Positions 20,304-30,448 of a stretch of DNA of 64,000 bases are shown here, one piece after another. Below the pieces are notes generated by a model, which worked only from the letters and a program-made list of their open reading frames with translations, made no database searches and was not told the DNA's origin. Both the position numbers and the translations under genes were made by a program. Numbering within the stretch: the first letter of the stretch is position 1; each line of letters opens with the position of its first letter. Source of the DNA: an uncultured virus (IMG/VR IMGVR_UViG_3300017528_000566) (taxonomy: Duplodnaviria > Heunggongvirae > Uroviricota > Caudoviricetes); the IMG/VR virus record IMGVR_UViG_3300017528_000566; one strand, written 5' to 3'.

Positions 20304-20527
20304 ATTTCTGTCCTTCGGTTTGTCACAAGGCTCGACCTTACTTCTGACTCTCGAAGTCTTGGGCAGTTCGATTCTGGCCGCGATTTGTCTAGTTGAGAAA
20401 GCAGCTATCGTCAACATGCAGTTGAGAAGGCCGCTTCAGTCAACAAACACAAAGGCACCCAGAACCTACAGAGACATCTAAAAATGCACCGCCTAGAGAG
20501 TCAGTAGAGATCGAGCATCTAAACTGG

Positions 20528-21151
20528 TCAGGCGTTTTGAGCCAGCCAGGCGAGTTGATGGAATGAGAGATTGGTCGCATCCTCAGCACGCACGGTCGCG
20601 CAGAGATCAACGGTCATCTGAGTGTCGAGCTCGTCGAGGAACGCGCTTGCCTCAGAATCGTTGCCAACTTGAACGAACGTGAAGCCGATCTTGGGACGGC
20701 CTAGATCTCTGCCGGCGCGCTCAATGACCAGCTTGGCGCTCGCCATACTATCAGGACGCCCGTCTGTGTAGACAAGCACTACCACATTCTTGGACGACGT
20801 TTCAGCCTTCGCAACTGCTGCCTCAAGAGCGGCGGTCAGATTGGTCGAACCGCCAGGTTTGAAGGCTTTGAAGGTGCTCGCGACATTGAGCGAACCGACC
20901 TTGTCGAACACTTGCGCGCCGCTAGAAAACGGGACCACGGTGAGCCCGTCACTATCGAACTTCTCCGCCACCTGTGCCGTCTTGTAAACGTCCTCCTGGA
21001 CTTCGCCCAGGCGGTTGGTGCCAAGGCATCGGTGCGACTCGATGTTCATGGACCCGCTGTGGTCGACAAGGATGATGACATCGAGGCACTTCAGGTCTTC
21101 GTCGGTCAGGGCACCGATCGTCTTTTTCTTCTTCTTGAGGAATCCAAACAT
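20528..21151 (-). CDS. vWA domain protein (ter-associated)
   Basis: MIDAS DHSGSM, GGST, VYTDGRP, FVQVGND. Confidence 0.88.
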   Translation of the reverse strand: MFGFLKKKKKTIGALTDEDLKCLDVIILVDHSGSMNIESHRCLGTNRLGEVQEDVYKTAQVAEKFDSDGLTVVPFSSGAQVFDKVGSLNVASTFKAFKPGGSTNLTAALEAAVAKAETSSKNVVVLVYTDGRPDSMASAKLVIERAGRDLGRPKIGFTFVQVGNDSEASAFLDELDTQMTVDLCATVRAEDATNLSFHQLAWLAQNA

Positions 21152-21428
21152 GTGACTCTTACCCTTCTGTTGCCAACGTCTCCGGCGCCCTAATACACCG
21201 ACCGGCCTAATTCAGAATTCGAAGGGCAGCCGTCGTGAAGGCGATCGCGCCGAGCACGAAGAGCGACAGCAGGATAAGAACGGCCGATGCTCGCAACGTC
21301 CAATGCAGACGCGGCTTCGGCCGCACATTGGAGAGCGGGCGCACGAGATGAATGCGGCGGGGTGGCCTCATTTCTAGCGGCCCCCGGGTCGATGACGACA
21401 GGTCATACCCGCAGGTACACCAGGCGAA

Positions 21429-21908
21429 CTATTTGATGACGCGCCAGCCAGCTGGCAGCTTTTTTCCGCTTAGCGTCGTAGTTCTGGGCGTGGTCGACCG
21501 AGGTGGAGGAGGCGGAGGTTGAGCGCGTATTGCAGCAGTTTTCTTGAGTGCTCGTTCGCGTTCTAGAGCCTGCTCACGCTCTACTTCAGCCAGAACTTCT
21601 GCTGGCATTTCTGACGGCCACGCGTGCCCTCGACCGTCATCACCGCATAGGGCGAAGATTGCTTTCCACGGAACGAAGCACTGAACCGGGGTGCGGCTGA
21701 ACGAAAGCGTGCCGAAGATCCCATCCTCATCGAGCCGCAGATCGGGGATCGGGACGCACATGTTTAGTCCGACCTGCAGGACTAGCCTTGGTTGCTGCTT
21801 GAAGCCCAACGGACACTGGACATTCGCCACACGCGGATCGAGATGAATGAAGACCGAGCCCTTTCCTAGCAGCTCAACGGCCGCGTGATGTTTGATCATT
21901 GCGTCCAT
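21429..21908 (-). CDS. sspB: ClpXP adaptor SspB-like protein (deltaproteobacterial type)
   Basis: VFIHLDPR...LVLQVG....PIPDL..DEDGI.GTLSF......C.VPW.AIFA. Confidence 0.8.
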   Translation of the reverse strand: MDAMIKHHAAVELLGKGSVFIHLDPRVANVQCPLGFKQQPRLVLQVGLNMCVPIPDLRLDEDGIFGTLSFSRTPVQCFVPWKAIFALCGDDGRGHAWPSEMPAEVLAEVEREQALERERALKKTAAIRAQPPPPPPRSTTPRTTTLSGKKLPAGWRVIK

Positions 21909-22522
21909 GTTGGGGCATTCGGCTTTTTGATTCGCGACGTGAGAACGGCGAGCTTCACCAAGCAGGCTGATCGCCTACTGATGCTGTGGCCGCCATTCAC
22001 TATTGAAGGGTACATGATGGACGTAATGTCCAACTCATGATCTAACCCCAGGACGTGGCCCAGTTCATGGGTAGCGATGTACGTGACGTACCAGTCGGTG
22101 AAAATGTAGGCCTCGGGGCGGCCTGCAACGAGATCCATTGTTTCGATGTCGACGTGATCCGCGGCACAAGGGCCATACGTCGTGAGCCCGATTTGCGGGT
22201 ACTCTAGGATCTTGTCTGTGGTCACCGTTGTGTAGTTACACATGCCGTGCATACCGGCTAAATCGTTGGTGACCGTTGCGTAAAGGATCTCTTCGCCAAT
22301 TCGGTCATTCCAGGCGTCAAGTGCATCGAGGATCAAGCTGACGTTGTGGTTCGAGGTCTTGCCGTCAATCAAGACCTCGACCGGATACTCCGTGGGAGAC
22401 AATGGCGAGACGAACAGGTTCGGCTCGTCATTGCACTCCCCCATGTCGGTTTGAGAGCCGGCGTGGTCAGAACCGCAGAAGCACATGCTCATCAGAAATA
22501 TGAGTGACGCAAACTTCTTCAC
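21896..22522 (-). CDS. matrixin-family (M10) zinc metalloprotease, secreted
   Basis: HELGHVLGLDH and Met-turn SIMYP; signal peptide. Confidence 0.85.
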   Translation of the reverse strand: MKKFASLIFLMSMCFCGSDHAGSQTDMGECNDEPNLFVSPLSPTEYPVEVLIDGKTSNHNVSLILDALDAWNDRIGEEILYATVTNDLAGMHGMCNYTTVTTDKILEYPQIGLTTYGPCAADHVDIETMDLVAGRPEAYIFTDWYVTYIATHELGHVLGLDHELDITSIMYPSIVNGGHSISRRSACLVKLAVLTSRIKKPNAPTWTQ

Positions 22523-22532
22523 ATCCTACGTA

Positions 22533-23657
22533 TCATAATAGGTCCTTTATTCGCTCCAGATAGACCGCGAAGTCACCAGACCGGGGTAGCTCCCCCGCCT
22601 CGACCATTGCCTTGAGGCCACGCCAGACGCGCCCCATCTCGAGTGCTTGCTCACGTGTCATTGGGTCCTGGAAGCCAAGGCGAGCCATGACAGCTTCACC
22701 AAGGCCGCTCGGTAGAGCGCTCGGAACCGAGTCGAGCTCCTTGAGTTTGGCCAAACGCGTTTTGAGCTCGTGACATCGGCGCTGGACTTGCCCGCGCCGC
22801 GCCGAGCTCTTGGTTGTGCAGTCAGCTCGCGCTACCGCGAGCACGTCCTCCGCAAGGTCTCCGAGCTCCGAGCCCAGACGGCGAACAGCCGCATCCGTCC
22901 ATTCAGCTGAATAGGCCTCGACGAGGCCCAGCAGCCGAATGATCGACTCAACTCGGGTGATCTCCCCGGCCTCGAAAAGCCTGGACAGCCTTGCCGACTT
23001 CTTGAAGATGCCGGCCGAAGTCTGCTCGTGCCTGTAGAATGTGACCTCACCGCTCACGCGAGAGAACACGAGCGGCTTCCCACAGTCATGGAACAGCGCC
23101 GCCCATCGGAGCAGCGGTTGCGGCAGGGTCTGAATCACGACCCGCTTGGTGTGACCCCACAGGTCTTTGTGCCCAGAATCGCCGCCGCCGAACCCGATCA
23201 GCCTACAGAGGGCCGGGAACGTGGCCTTGAGCACGCCGGACGCCGCCAAGGTTTCGAGGTTGCGATCAGCGTCCCGCGCAATGAGTAAGCGGTCCCACTC
23301 TAGACGCGACAGGGTAGAGATGGAGTCTTGCGACCCTCCCTTATCCTTGCCCCGACCTTGAGTGTCCTTGCCCACAATACTTCTCGCTCCTCCATACACC
23401 GCACCGTCCGCAAGCAAGGCGACTGCCTTGACTTTCGAGCTTGCTGCCGCATATGAAAGCGGCCCACCGGTGATTGGAGTTGCACCCCCGTGTTCTAACA
23501 CTAGGTTTTCCAAGTGCCAGCCCTTTCGAGAGACATCACAGCCGGGCGCCACTTCTGTCACACATGCAAGCGCATCACTGACTGGGACGGCGAGCGCATC
23601 CAGAGCTGCGATGGGTGTGGCGAGCGGTTCCCGTGCGCTCATCTCACCTGCACACAC
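22533..23657 (-). CDS. HD-domain protein resembling the C-terminal half of CCA-adding/poly(A) polymerase (start uncertain)
   Basis: HKDLWGHT..V, LRWAALFHDCGKP, VTFYRHE, WTDAAVRRL, RADCTT. Confidence 0.8.
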   Translation of the reverse strand: MCAGEMSAREPLATPIAALDALAVPVSDALACVTEVAPGCDVSRKGWHLENLVLEHGGATPITGGPLSYAAASSKVKAVALLADGAVYGGARSIVGKDTQGRGKDKGGSQDSISTLSRLEWDRLLIARDADRNLETLAASGVLKATFPALCRLIGFGGGDSGHKDLWGHTKRVVIQTLPQPLLRWAALFHDCGKPLVFSRVSGEVTFYRHEQTSAGIFKKSARLSRLFEAGEITRVESIIRLLGLVEAYSAEWTDAAVRRLGSELGDLAEDVLAVARADCTTKSSARRGQVQRRCHELKTRLAKLKELDSVPSALPSGLGEAVMARLGFQDPMTREQALEMGRVWRGLKAMVEAGELPRSGDFAVYLERIKDLL

Positions 23658-23769
23658 TGGGATTGCGCAGAGTCGAGGGCCGTTTGGGGCAATGGAGACT
23701 GGACGGACGTGTTTTGTGGTGTCGAGTAACTGGCCTTGAAGTTCCAGCCCCCTCGACTGTATCTACTGC

Positions 23770-24069
23770 ATGATGCGCTCACCGATTGCCGAACAAACCG
23801 CCTCGAAAACCTTCACCACCGGCCGCCTGGACATCCACCTGTATACGCTGGACTACGGGACCTACCGCGAGACGTTGGCCTGTTTCCCTGGCACCTATGC
23901 CGACAACCTGACCCTGCCAGCTGGCGACCTTGATTCAGCCATGGCGAGCAAGGCCATCAACCATGCCATGACGCAAAACGAGCAGGTGTGGGAAGAGATC
24001 ATGCAGCTCGCGATGTGGGACGACAGCGGAGACCACATGGTGCCTTGGTTCTCGCCCGCAGCCGAGTGA
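23770..24069 (+). CDS. hypothetical protein
   Basis: 99-aa ORF followed by a hairpin at about 24086-24107. Confidence 0.45.
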   Translation: MMRSPIAEQTASKTFTTGRLDIHLYTLDYGTYRETLACFPGTYADNLTLPAGDLDSAMASKAINHAMTQNEQVWEEIMQLAMWDDSGDHMVPWFSPAAE

Positions 24070-24113
24070 AGAGTCACGGGACGTAAAAGGAGGGCCTTCC
24101 CTCCTTTCTGCAT

Positions 24114-25277
24114 TTAAGCGCTGAGTGCCCGGCTGACTTCGGCTTCGAGCTGCGCGGGGTCCAATAAGAGCTCCGGGCTCAACAGCAGCAGCTCGCGAGC
24201 CTTCAAGACGACTCGCTGGCGCGCCGCCCCGTGAAGCCCATGCCGCTCGAACAGTCGCGGTTGGTCAACGGGAGGGCTCTTGAGTGCCGCCATGAACACA
24301 TCGATCCCGCTTGGGTCGGCTTCTAGGATCTGCCGCAACCTCGGAATCTCACCCTCCTTCACCAAGGCAACGGGCGAGCCTCTTAGTTGCCACTCGAGAC
24401 CCCAAAGGTCGAGCAGCAGCAGTGGGTCGGCGCCTGCCAAGCCACGGCTCACCCCGACATGAAAGCCGGGCTCCTCTCTGAGGAGTCTGAGAATCGGCTC
24501 GTTCAGCCCCAGCTCTCTAATGAGCGGCACAGCTTCGCGTGGCCGGGGTCCGTGTAGAATGTCCTCTACTAGAATCTTGCGGACGGCGTCCCATGGCATC
24601 TGAATGAGCTTCAGGGCGTTTCTCTTGATCGAGCTCGCGACTTCCTCCGAGATCTTGAGCCCGTGTCGGACCGCGAATTTGATCGCTCGGAGCGTTCGGG
24701 TCGGGTCATCGGTGAAGGTGCGGTCGGGGTCGAGCGGAGTCTTGAGCACACGAGCCTCAAGATCCTTGAGCCCAGTTCCCAAGAAGTCGAGCACCGGCGC
24801 TGCCTCCACACCGTTCTCGAGGTCTGCTAGGCGCCAGAGCAAGGCGTTCACGGTGAAGTCGCGGCGCGCCAAGTCTTCTAGAATAGTTGAGCGCTCCACA
24901 AGGTGTGGTTTGTACCCCTTCCCTGACTCGCCGCCGTACGTCTCACGCCGTGCGTTGGCAATCTCCAGCACTTCCCCTTTTAGATCGTGCCCATCCAGCA
25001 CCCACGGGGAGCTCACCGTCAACAGTGCCACTCCGTACTGGTTTGTCACCAAGTTGGTACGCGCGGGAATGGCCTTCTGGAGCTCGCGCGCAAACCACCC
25101 GGAGTCTCGGTGAGCCCCTAGCGCCACGGAATCGATCACAAGATCGAGGTCTTTGATCGGCGCTTTCAGGAGATGATTTCTTACAGCGCCGCCAACGACG
25201 TACCCGTCATCAGCCATTCCTAGCCGCGTGCCCTGTGCGGCTAGAAACGTGAGCAGCGCCGACACCTTGTGTGACAT
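24114..25277 (-). CDS. class II tRNA nucleotidyltransferase (CCA-adding/poly(A) polymerase family)
   Basis: VVGGAVRNHLL...KDLDL, ARRETY, EDLARRDFTVNAL, DDPTRTLRA. Confidence 0.9.
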   Translation of the reverse strand: MSHKVSALLTFLAAQGTRLGMADDGYVVGGAVRNHLLKAPIKDLDLVIDSVALGAHRDSGWFARELQKAIPARTNLVTNQYGVALLTVSSPWVLDGHDLKGEVLEIANARRETYGGESGKGYKPHLVERSTILEDLARRDFTVNALLWRLADLENGVEAAPVLDFLGTGLKDLEARVLKTPLDPDRTFTDDPTRTLRAIKFAVRHGLKISEEVASSIKRNALKLIQMPWDAVRKILVEDILHGPRPREAVPLIRELGLNEPILRLLREEPGFHVGVSRGLAGADPLLLLDLWGLEWQLRGSPVALVKEGEIPRLRQILEADPSGIDVFMAALKSPPVDQPRLFERHGLHGAARQRVVLKARELLLLSPELLLDPAQLEAEVSRALSA

Positions 25278-25329
25278 CGAACAAGGCTAACACGACGTTC
25301 CGATCCCCGCACTGGTGTACTAGCGGTAG

Positions 25330-25749
25330 ATGCGTGTTAACGACACAGTAAAAACCATCGAGACCCTGAGCCGCAAGGAGTTCATTGCGGACAAGGCGAA
25401 CAAGTCTCTGCGGCGTGTAAGCGCGCCTGGCGTCATCACCGGGATCCTAGGCAAGTGCAACGAGCGCTACCTGGTCATTCATGACGGCGAAACCATCCCC
25501 GCCGTCTACATCAGAGAAGAGCTCGTCCCCGAGCCAAACGCCTATTGGAAGGTGACGTACTCGCAAGGAGGCTTCACCTCGTTCACGGAAGTCTTGACTC
25601 ATCGCGATGCTCTGGAGCTTTGCAATGAACTCCATGAGGAGGGCGTCAAGTCCGCGACGGTAGAGGGGCCGTTCTATTCCGACAAGGAGTTGACTGAAGG
25701 CCAGCTGCCATCTCGGAGCTTGTTCGATCATCTGAAAGACGGCGACTGA
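25330..25749 (+). CDS. hypothetical protein
   Basis: ATG with GGTGTA 10 nt upstream. Confidence 0.55.
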   Translation: MRVNDTVKTIETLSRKEFIADKANKSLRRVSAPGVITGILGKCNERYLVIHDGETIPAVYIREELVPEPNAYWKVTYSQGGFTSFTEVLTHRDALELCNELHEEGVKSATVEGPFYSDKELTEGQLPSRSLFDHLKDGD

Positions 25750-25762
25750 AGCGAGACTCACC

Positions 25763-26014
25763 ATGGAAGAAGAGAAGAACCAGTGCGCTTTTCGTTGCGG
25801 GCGATCTGCCCACAAAGGCCGTAGATTGTGCCGGAAACATCTTGATCAGCAGCGCCAGAAAATGGCTCAATACCGAGCAGACCGCAAGCGGCGGATGCTC
25901 TGCTCGCGGTGTCCCAACCCGGCCCGCCTACTACCCGACGGAACGGCAAGCACCTTGTGCGACGCATGTCGTGCACACGTCCGTGCTATCGAAGCACGGC
26001 AAGCAGAGCGATGA
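25763..26014 (+). CDS. small zinc-finger protein
   Basis: CxxxC, CxxH, CxxC, CxxC pairs. Confidence 0.6.
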   Translation: MEEEKNQCAFRCGRSAHKGRRLCRKHLDQQRQKMAQYRADRKRRMLCSRCPNPARLLPDGTASTLCDACRAHVRAIEARQAER

Positions 26015-26024
26015 CAGGGGGCTC

Positions 26025-26879
26025 ATGACAAAGATCTGCTGGATTACGGACCCGCACTTTAATTTCCTTCGTGCCTTCGGTGCGACCGCGGCCTTCGCAA
26101 AGGACATCTGCAAGACGTATGATCCCGAGGCTCTGATCATCACTGGCGACATCGCGGAGGGGCATAACATCGAGGGTCTCTTGGTGGAGTTCGCGGAGGG
26201 GGTCGATGACCGCCCTGTTTACTGGCTCGAAGGCAACCACGATTACTACAAGGCGTCGATTAGCAAGATGCAAGAGCGGTTCAGGGAGCTCGACATGGTC
26301 CCTAACCTGTTCTGGCTCGACACTGCGGAGCCTGTGCTATTCGACGACTTTGCGCTCGTTGGCAAGTACGCCTGGTATGACGCGCTCAACGGCAACCCGC
26401 AAAGAAGCCCGGTAGCTCTCTACGATTTTTCGTCCATCGGCGAGTTCAAGCGACTCTACAACGAGTATGACTGGGAGTTCATGGCCCATACGGGGAGCCG
26501 TAACCCGTTGCTCAACGCCTTCCGCAAGCTAGCGGCGGAAGCCGTCGCGGAGGTCCGGCCCAAGCTAGAACAGGCCCTGAAGCTCAAGCGTCACGTGATC
26601 TTTGCCACTCACGTCGCGCCTTTCGAGGGGGCCGCTTGGCATGAGGGCAAGATCTCAAACCCGGATTGGTTGCCGTGGTTCTCGTGCCGCCAGATGGGGG
26701 ACATGCTCGCGGAGGTCGCCGCCCAGCACCCAGACCACAAGATCCTCGTGCTCTGCGGGCACAGCCACAGCCCGGGGAAATACCAGCACGCGCCCAACCT
26801 CAAGGTGCTAACGGGCAACGCTGCCTACGGTGCCCCGGATGTTGCTGGCATCCTTACCGACCCGTTCGAGGAGTGGTGA
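26025..26879 (+). CDS. calcineurin-like metallophosphoesterase
   Basis: TDPH, TGDI, GNHD, THVAP, CGHSH. Confidence 0.9.
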   Translation: MTKICWITDPHFNFLRAFGATAAFAKDICKTYDPEALIITGDIAEGHNIEGLLVEFAEGVDDRPVYWLEGNHDYYKASISKMQERFRELDMVPNLFWLDTAEPVLFDDFALVGKYAWYDALNGNPQRSPVALYDFSSIGEFKRLYNEYDWEFMAHTGSRNPLLNAFRKLAAEAVAEVRPKLEQALKLKRHVIFATHVAPFEGAAWHEGKISNPDWLPWFSCRQMGDMLAEVAAQHPDHKILVLCGHSHSPGKYQHAPNLKVLTGNAAYGAPDVAGILTDPFEEW

Positions 26880-27624
26880 AGAGGCCATCGAGCAGATCCC
26901 GCAGTACATGCTCGTATCTGGCTCGGCACCTTCGCACGTGTACCTGGGCTTCAGACTCGACCGTTTCCCTATCACGTCGTCGATCGCTTCCGGTAACCCG
27001 TCCAGCGTGAAGGGTGTCCCATCTGGAGATCAGCTGTTCCGCGCGTCGGCTTGATCGGCGGTTGCCTTCGCGTTCACCAAATCCTCGTAGGTAACCATTC
27101 CACAGGGGCTGGAGCAACGCGATCAAGTTGGCTTCCGCAAATTCGACGTAGTTGTCTGGGAGCACCACAAATCTAAACGTGAAGTTCTCGACACCGAGGT
27201 CGGTGCGTTCGAGGCTTGTTAGATGCTCCCTCAACCTCACTGAAAGAGCGTTCGATATACTAGTCTGACATGCCCTTCCGATGTAGATCGGACATGTGGA
27301 TCCAAGTGACCGGATAGGGCGGTAGAGCTCAAGCTCTCCTTGATAGTAGACGGCATACACTCCATTCCCATTGAAGGTCAGCGCAGCCGAATCGAGAAAT
27401 GTGTATGGTCCATTTTCGACAATCCGCGTGCATAGTCGCTGTAAAACGCCTCGCAAGTCCGCGTCGCTCAACAGTGCGTAAGGGGCGACCGCATAAGCGT
27501 CTAATTCACGGACGGTAACCAGCGGTTCCGGCACGGGGATCGCCGGCCCCAGTCCCAGCATATCCAACAGGTCTTCAGGGTCACCGCAACTTTGATCTGT
27601 AAGCTTTGTGTGTGAACACTTCAT
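26854..27624 (-). CDS. Eco29kI-like GIY-YIG endonuclease
   Basis: GVYAVYY.G...Y, PIYIGRA, RLREH, E..LI....P.WN....GFG, SRWDTLH.GR. Confidence 0.85.
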   Translation of the reverse strand: MKCSHTKLTDQSCGDPEDLLDMLGLGPAIPVPEPLVTVRELDAYAVAPYALLSDADLRGVLQRLCTRIVENGPYTFLDSAALTFNGNGVYAVYYQGELELYRPIRSLGSTCPIYIGRACQTSISNALSVRLREHLTSLERTDLGVENFTFRFVVLPDNYVEFAEANLIALLQPLWNGYLRGFGEREGNRRSSRRAEQLISRWDTLHAGRVTGSDRRRDRETVESEAQVHVRRCRARYEHVLRDLLDGLFTTPRTGR

Positions 27625-27665
27625 CCACCGAGCCCAGATATAACAAGGCTATTGGTCACGCGGCG

Positions 27666-28301
27666 TTAGCTGAGGGCGCGGCGGAGCGTGACCAATAGTC
27701 GGATTCTACGGAACACGTCACCATCCCCATCTGTCTCGTTGCAGAGGATCCTTTTTGACCATCGACCAATGTCTCGGGTGACCGCTCCTTCGAAGGGCCA
27801 CATGAAATAGTACGTCGACCCGGAGAGCTGACTCACGACCATGTCTCTTAGGGACGGCGGAACGCCTCGACGGTGATACCAATGTTCGACGGCGAGCCCC
27901 ATTGCATAGGCACGCAGTTCGAACTGATAGCGCCATGGCGCCGGCCAAGGGGCTAGAAAGACTAGGAAGGCGAGCGGCCACCAGCTCCAAAGGAGCGGGC
28001 TCAAGAGAGCCAGCAACCCGAGCCATTGGGGGAAGCAATAGAGCACGTAGAACATGAAGCCATGGCGGCGGTAGGCCTCGACGTGGACCGCCTCTTGGCA
28101 GATGACTATCCATGCCCAATGGAAACTCCGTTTGACCCATTCACGGCTCGGAAAGTAGACCGTGGTGCCCAGAGTGGTCACGAAGTTCTCACAGAGCTGT
28201 TGGCCCAGCACCCGCCACCACCAGTGCTCATCCTTGTAGCAGACAGTGATGCCCTCTCGGACCACCAAATCCTGATACAGCTCCTCATGCGAGAACGCCA
28301 T
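27666..28301 (-). CDS. membrane-associated hypothetical protein (degenerate HExxH-like)
   Basis: FVTTLG..VY.P, QEAVH, FELRAY motifs and a hydrophobic segment. Confidence 0.55.
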   Translation of the reverse strand: MAFSHEELYQDLVVREGITVCYKDEHWWWRVLGQQLCENFVTTLGTTVYFPSREWVKRSFHWAWIVICQEAVHVEAYRRHGFMFYVLYCFPQWLGLLALLSPLLWSWWPLAFLVFLAPWPAPWRYQFELRAYAMGLAVEHWYHRRGVPPSLRDMVVSQLSGSTYYFMWPFEGAVTRDIGRWSKRILCNETDGDGDVFRRIRLLVTLRRALS

Positions 28302-28378
28302 CTTCGCCCCCTTGCCCATCTCGTCTACATACCCGTGCCGTCTCACAAATGGTTTGGGGCGGCGGTGTAATAAGGCGG

Positions 28379-28642
28379 ATGGACAAGAGACAAGAGGTCA
28401 TCGTTCGACTGACAAAGGCCCTCGAGTTCTACGCAGAGCCCGGCAACTACCACACAATCCGCTTTGTGGCGGACAAGTTCCGCGGCCCGTTCATGGACGA
28501 TTTCTCCGAGGACCACGGAGACGATGATTTTTACAGGTTACCCATGCCGGGAGCTATCGCCAGACGGACGCTGAAAGAGGTCACCAAGGAGTTAGCTCGT
28601 AGCGAGATGGAGGATGAGCTCGCACTTGGCGCCCTTTGGTGA
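28379..28642 (+). CDS. hypothetical protein
   Basis: ATG with GGTGTA 9 nt upstream; ALEFYA motif. Confidence 0.55.
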   Translation: MDKRQEVIVRLTKALEFYAEPGNYHTIRFVADKFRGPFMDDFSEDHGDDDFYRLPMPGAIARRTLKEVTKELARSEMEDELALGALW

Positions 28643-28655
28643 CACTAGTGCGAGC

Positions 28656-29720
28656 TCATCCGCTGAATCTGCGGAGGACTGAGAGAGCGGCAGTCTTATC
28701 TGCTGCCTTGCTATCCGCATCATCATCGTCAGAATCAGCATCACTAGAATCGTCATCATCACCATCACTGTCATCACCCGCATCGCCTTCACCCATCTTG
28801 TTGAGCACTCCCGTGAAGTCGTCATCCTTGAGCTGCTCGATCTGCTTGGCGACGGCCGCGATGATAAAGTTGGTCATCACCTCGTCGGGATCGGCGTCTT
28901 TGCTCTCCCCCTCCGAGGCGATGTGCTCAAGGAAGTGGTGCACACCATGGCCAACGTGGCTAACCTCATCCAAGGTGTGTAGATTGGCGAGGGCCTTTTT
29001 GACTGACTTCAGAGCTACGTGTCGAACAAGACCCTTTGCGAAGATCCCAGCACCAGAGAGCGGACCCGTTGCCGCAAAAGCAGCCGCAGCAGCGCCGAGC
29101 GCGACGTGCTTGGCGACTGCCTTGAATGCGTGCTTCTGATGCTTAGACATCTTCTTGCCTGAGAGCACCGCTTTGATGCCTTGCCCCGCGGCCTTGAACT
29201 CATGGACCTCTTCTTTGGCGGTCTCAATCAGCCGGTGCACTGCGGTCTTCGGAAGTTTGCCAATGGCGGACGTGGCATCCTTGAGCGCACTCTTACGAAA
29301 CTCGGGCTCCCCCAAGAATCTTTTCAGTGCTTTGGGAGCCTTTTCTACAAACTTGGTCGCGGAGTCCTTCAGCCCCGTGAGGCTCTTTTTCCAGGCATTG
29401 AGCCCCCCGCCCTTCGTTTCGTGCTCATCGTGATCGTCATCATGCCCCTTTTCTTTACTTGGGGCTTTAGGGGCCGGCTGCTTCTTGGCGGCCTCCGGGA
29501 TTGGCGGCGGCTTCTTGCCGGGAGCCTTAGCGGCTGGTGGTGGCGGTGGAGGTTTCGGTTTACCGCCCGGGGCAGCCTTGCTCTTGTCGACCTTGTGCTT
29601 TGTGCGGTCGGCGTCCGGGTGGGTTTTCAGGTACTCATTGAGAGCCTCTGGCGAACTGAAATCTTTGGCAACATTCAGTCTCGCTGCCCGTCTAACAACT
29701 CGCTCGTAAAGGCTCTCCAT
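28656..29720 (-). CDS. hypothetical protein with Pro/Lys-rich and acidic low-complexity tracts
   Basis: long ORF with consistent codon usage. Confidence 0.6.
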   Translation of the reverse strand: MESLYERVVRRAARLNVAKDFSSPEALNEYLKTHPDADRTKHKVDKSKAAPGGKPKPPPPPPAAKAPGKKPPPIPEAAKKQPAPKAPSKEKGHDDDHDEHETKGGGLNAWKKSLTGLKDSATKFVEKAPKALKRFLGEPEFRKSALKDATSAIGKLPKTAVHRLIETAKEEVHEFKAAGQGIKAVLSGKKMSKHQKHAFKAVAKHVALGAAAAAFAATGPLSGAGIFAKGLVRHVALKSVKKALANLHTLDEVSHVGHGVHHFLEHIASEGESKDADPDEVMTNFIIAAVAKQIEQLKDDDFTGVLNKMGEGDAGDDSDGDDDDSSDADSDDDDADSKAADKTAALSVLRRFSG

Positions 29721-29788
29721 GGTCCAGCGTGGATCCAAAAGGAATATCGAATCTCACTGAGCCCCGGAGCCCCCATAGAACCGTAAGG

Positions 29789-30355
29789 TCATTTCTCGCT
29801 CGGTCCCCAGTCAGACTCGAAAGGTTTCGGGTTTGCTGCTAGCGTGCGTAAGGTCTCCAAGTGTCGGGGCACTACCGGCCCGTCGGAGAACGGCGCGACT
29901 GTATAGGTGCCCGAGCGCTTGAGCACCGGGACCATCACAGCAGGGCAACCTTCCGGACGCGACGGAAACGTGAGCGTGGCCCCGAGTCGACTCGTTCTCA
30001 AAAGGTTAAGGAACTCTTGCTCGTGGTCGGTGCCCTCCGGCCAGCCGTGGTCTTGGTATGGCCAAACACGGCCGTCCCAGCCGAGCTCCTCCAAGAAGCG
30101 GCAGACGTGACGCTCGCTGTTCGGGGTGAGAGGCATGCCCATCGTAAGCCCATCGATGGCCTTATCCTTCTGCTTGTTGAGGACGGCAAGGCGCACGCCT
30201 ACGATGGGCCAGGTATCCCTTCGCTGCTGTACCCAGGCCAAGAGTGCAAACATGGAATGCTCCCCGACAGGCACTCTTCCGTAGGCAGTCTCAGCGACTG
30301 GAACATCGCGTGCTCCCCACTGATGGATGAACTCTTGAGTTTTTGAGAGCTTCAC
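29789..30355 (-). CDS. hypothetical protein
   Basis: GTG start with GGTGTA 16 nt upstream. Confidence 0.55.
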   Translation of the reverse strand: MKLSKTQEFIHQWGARDVPVAETAYGRVPVGEHSMFALLAWVQQRRDTWPIVGVRLAVLNKQKDKAIDGLTMGMPLTPNSERHVCRFLEELGWDGRVWPYQDHGWPEGTDHEQEFLNLLRTSRLGATLTFPSRPEGCPAVMVPVLKRSGTYTVAPFSDGPVVPRHLETLRTLAANPKPFESDWGPSEK

Positions 30356-30448
30356 GGTCTTCCAGGCTGCTTACACCGCCCGGTCGAATCGCGATCGATC
30401 CCTGTAGTCGTCTGGAACAAGCCGTGCCGCTATGGTACGCCGGAGTCC

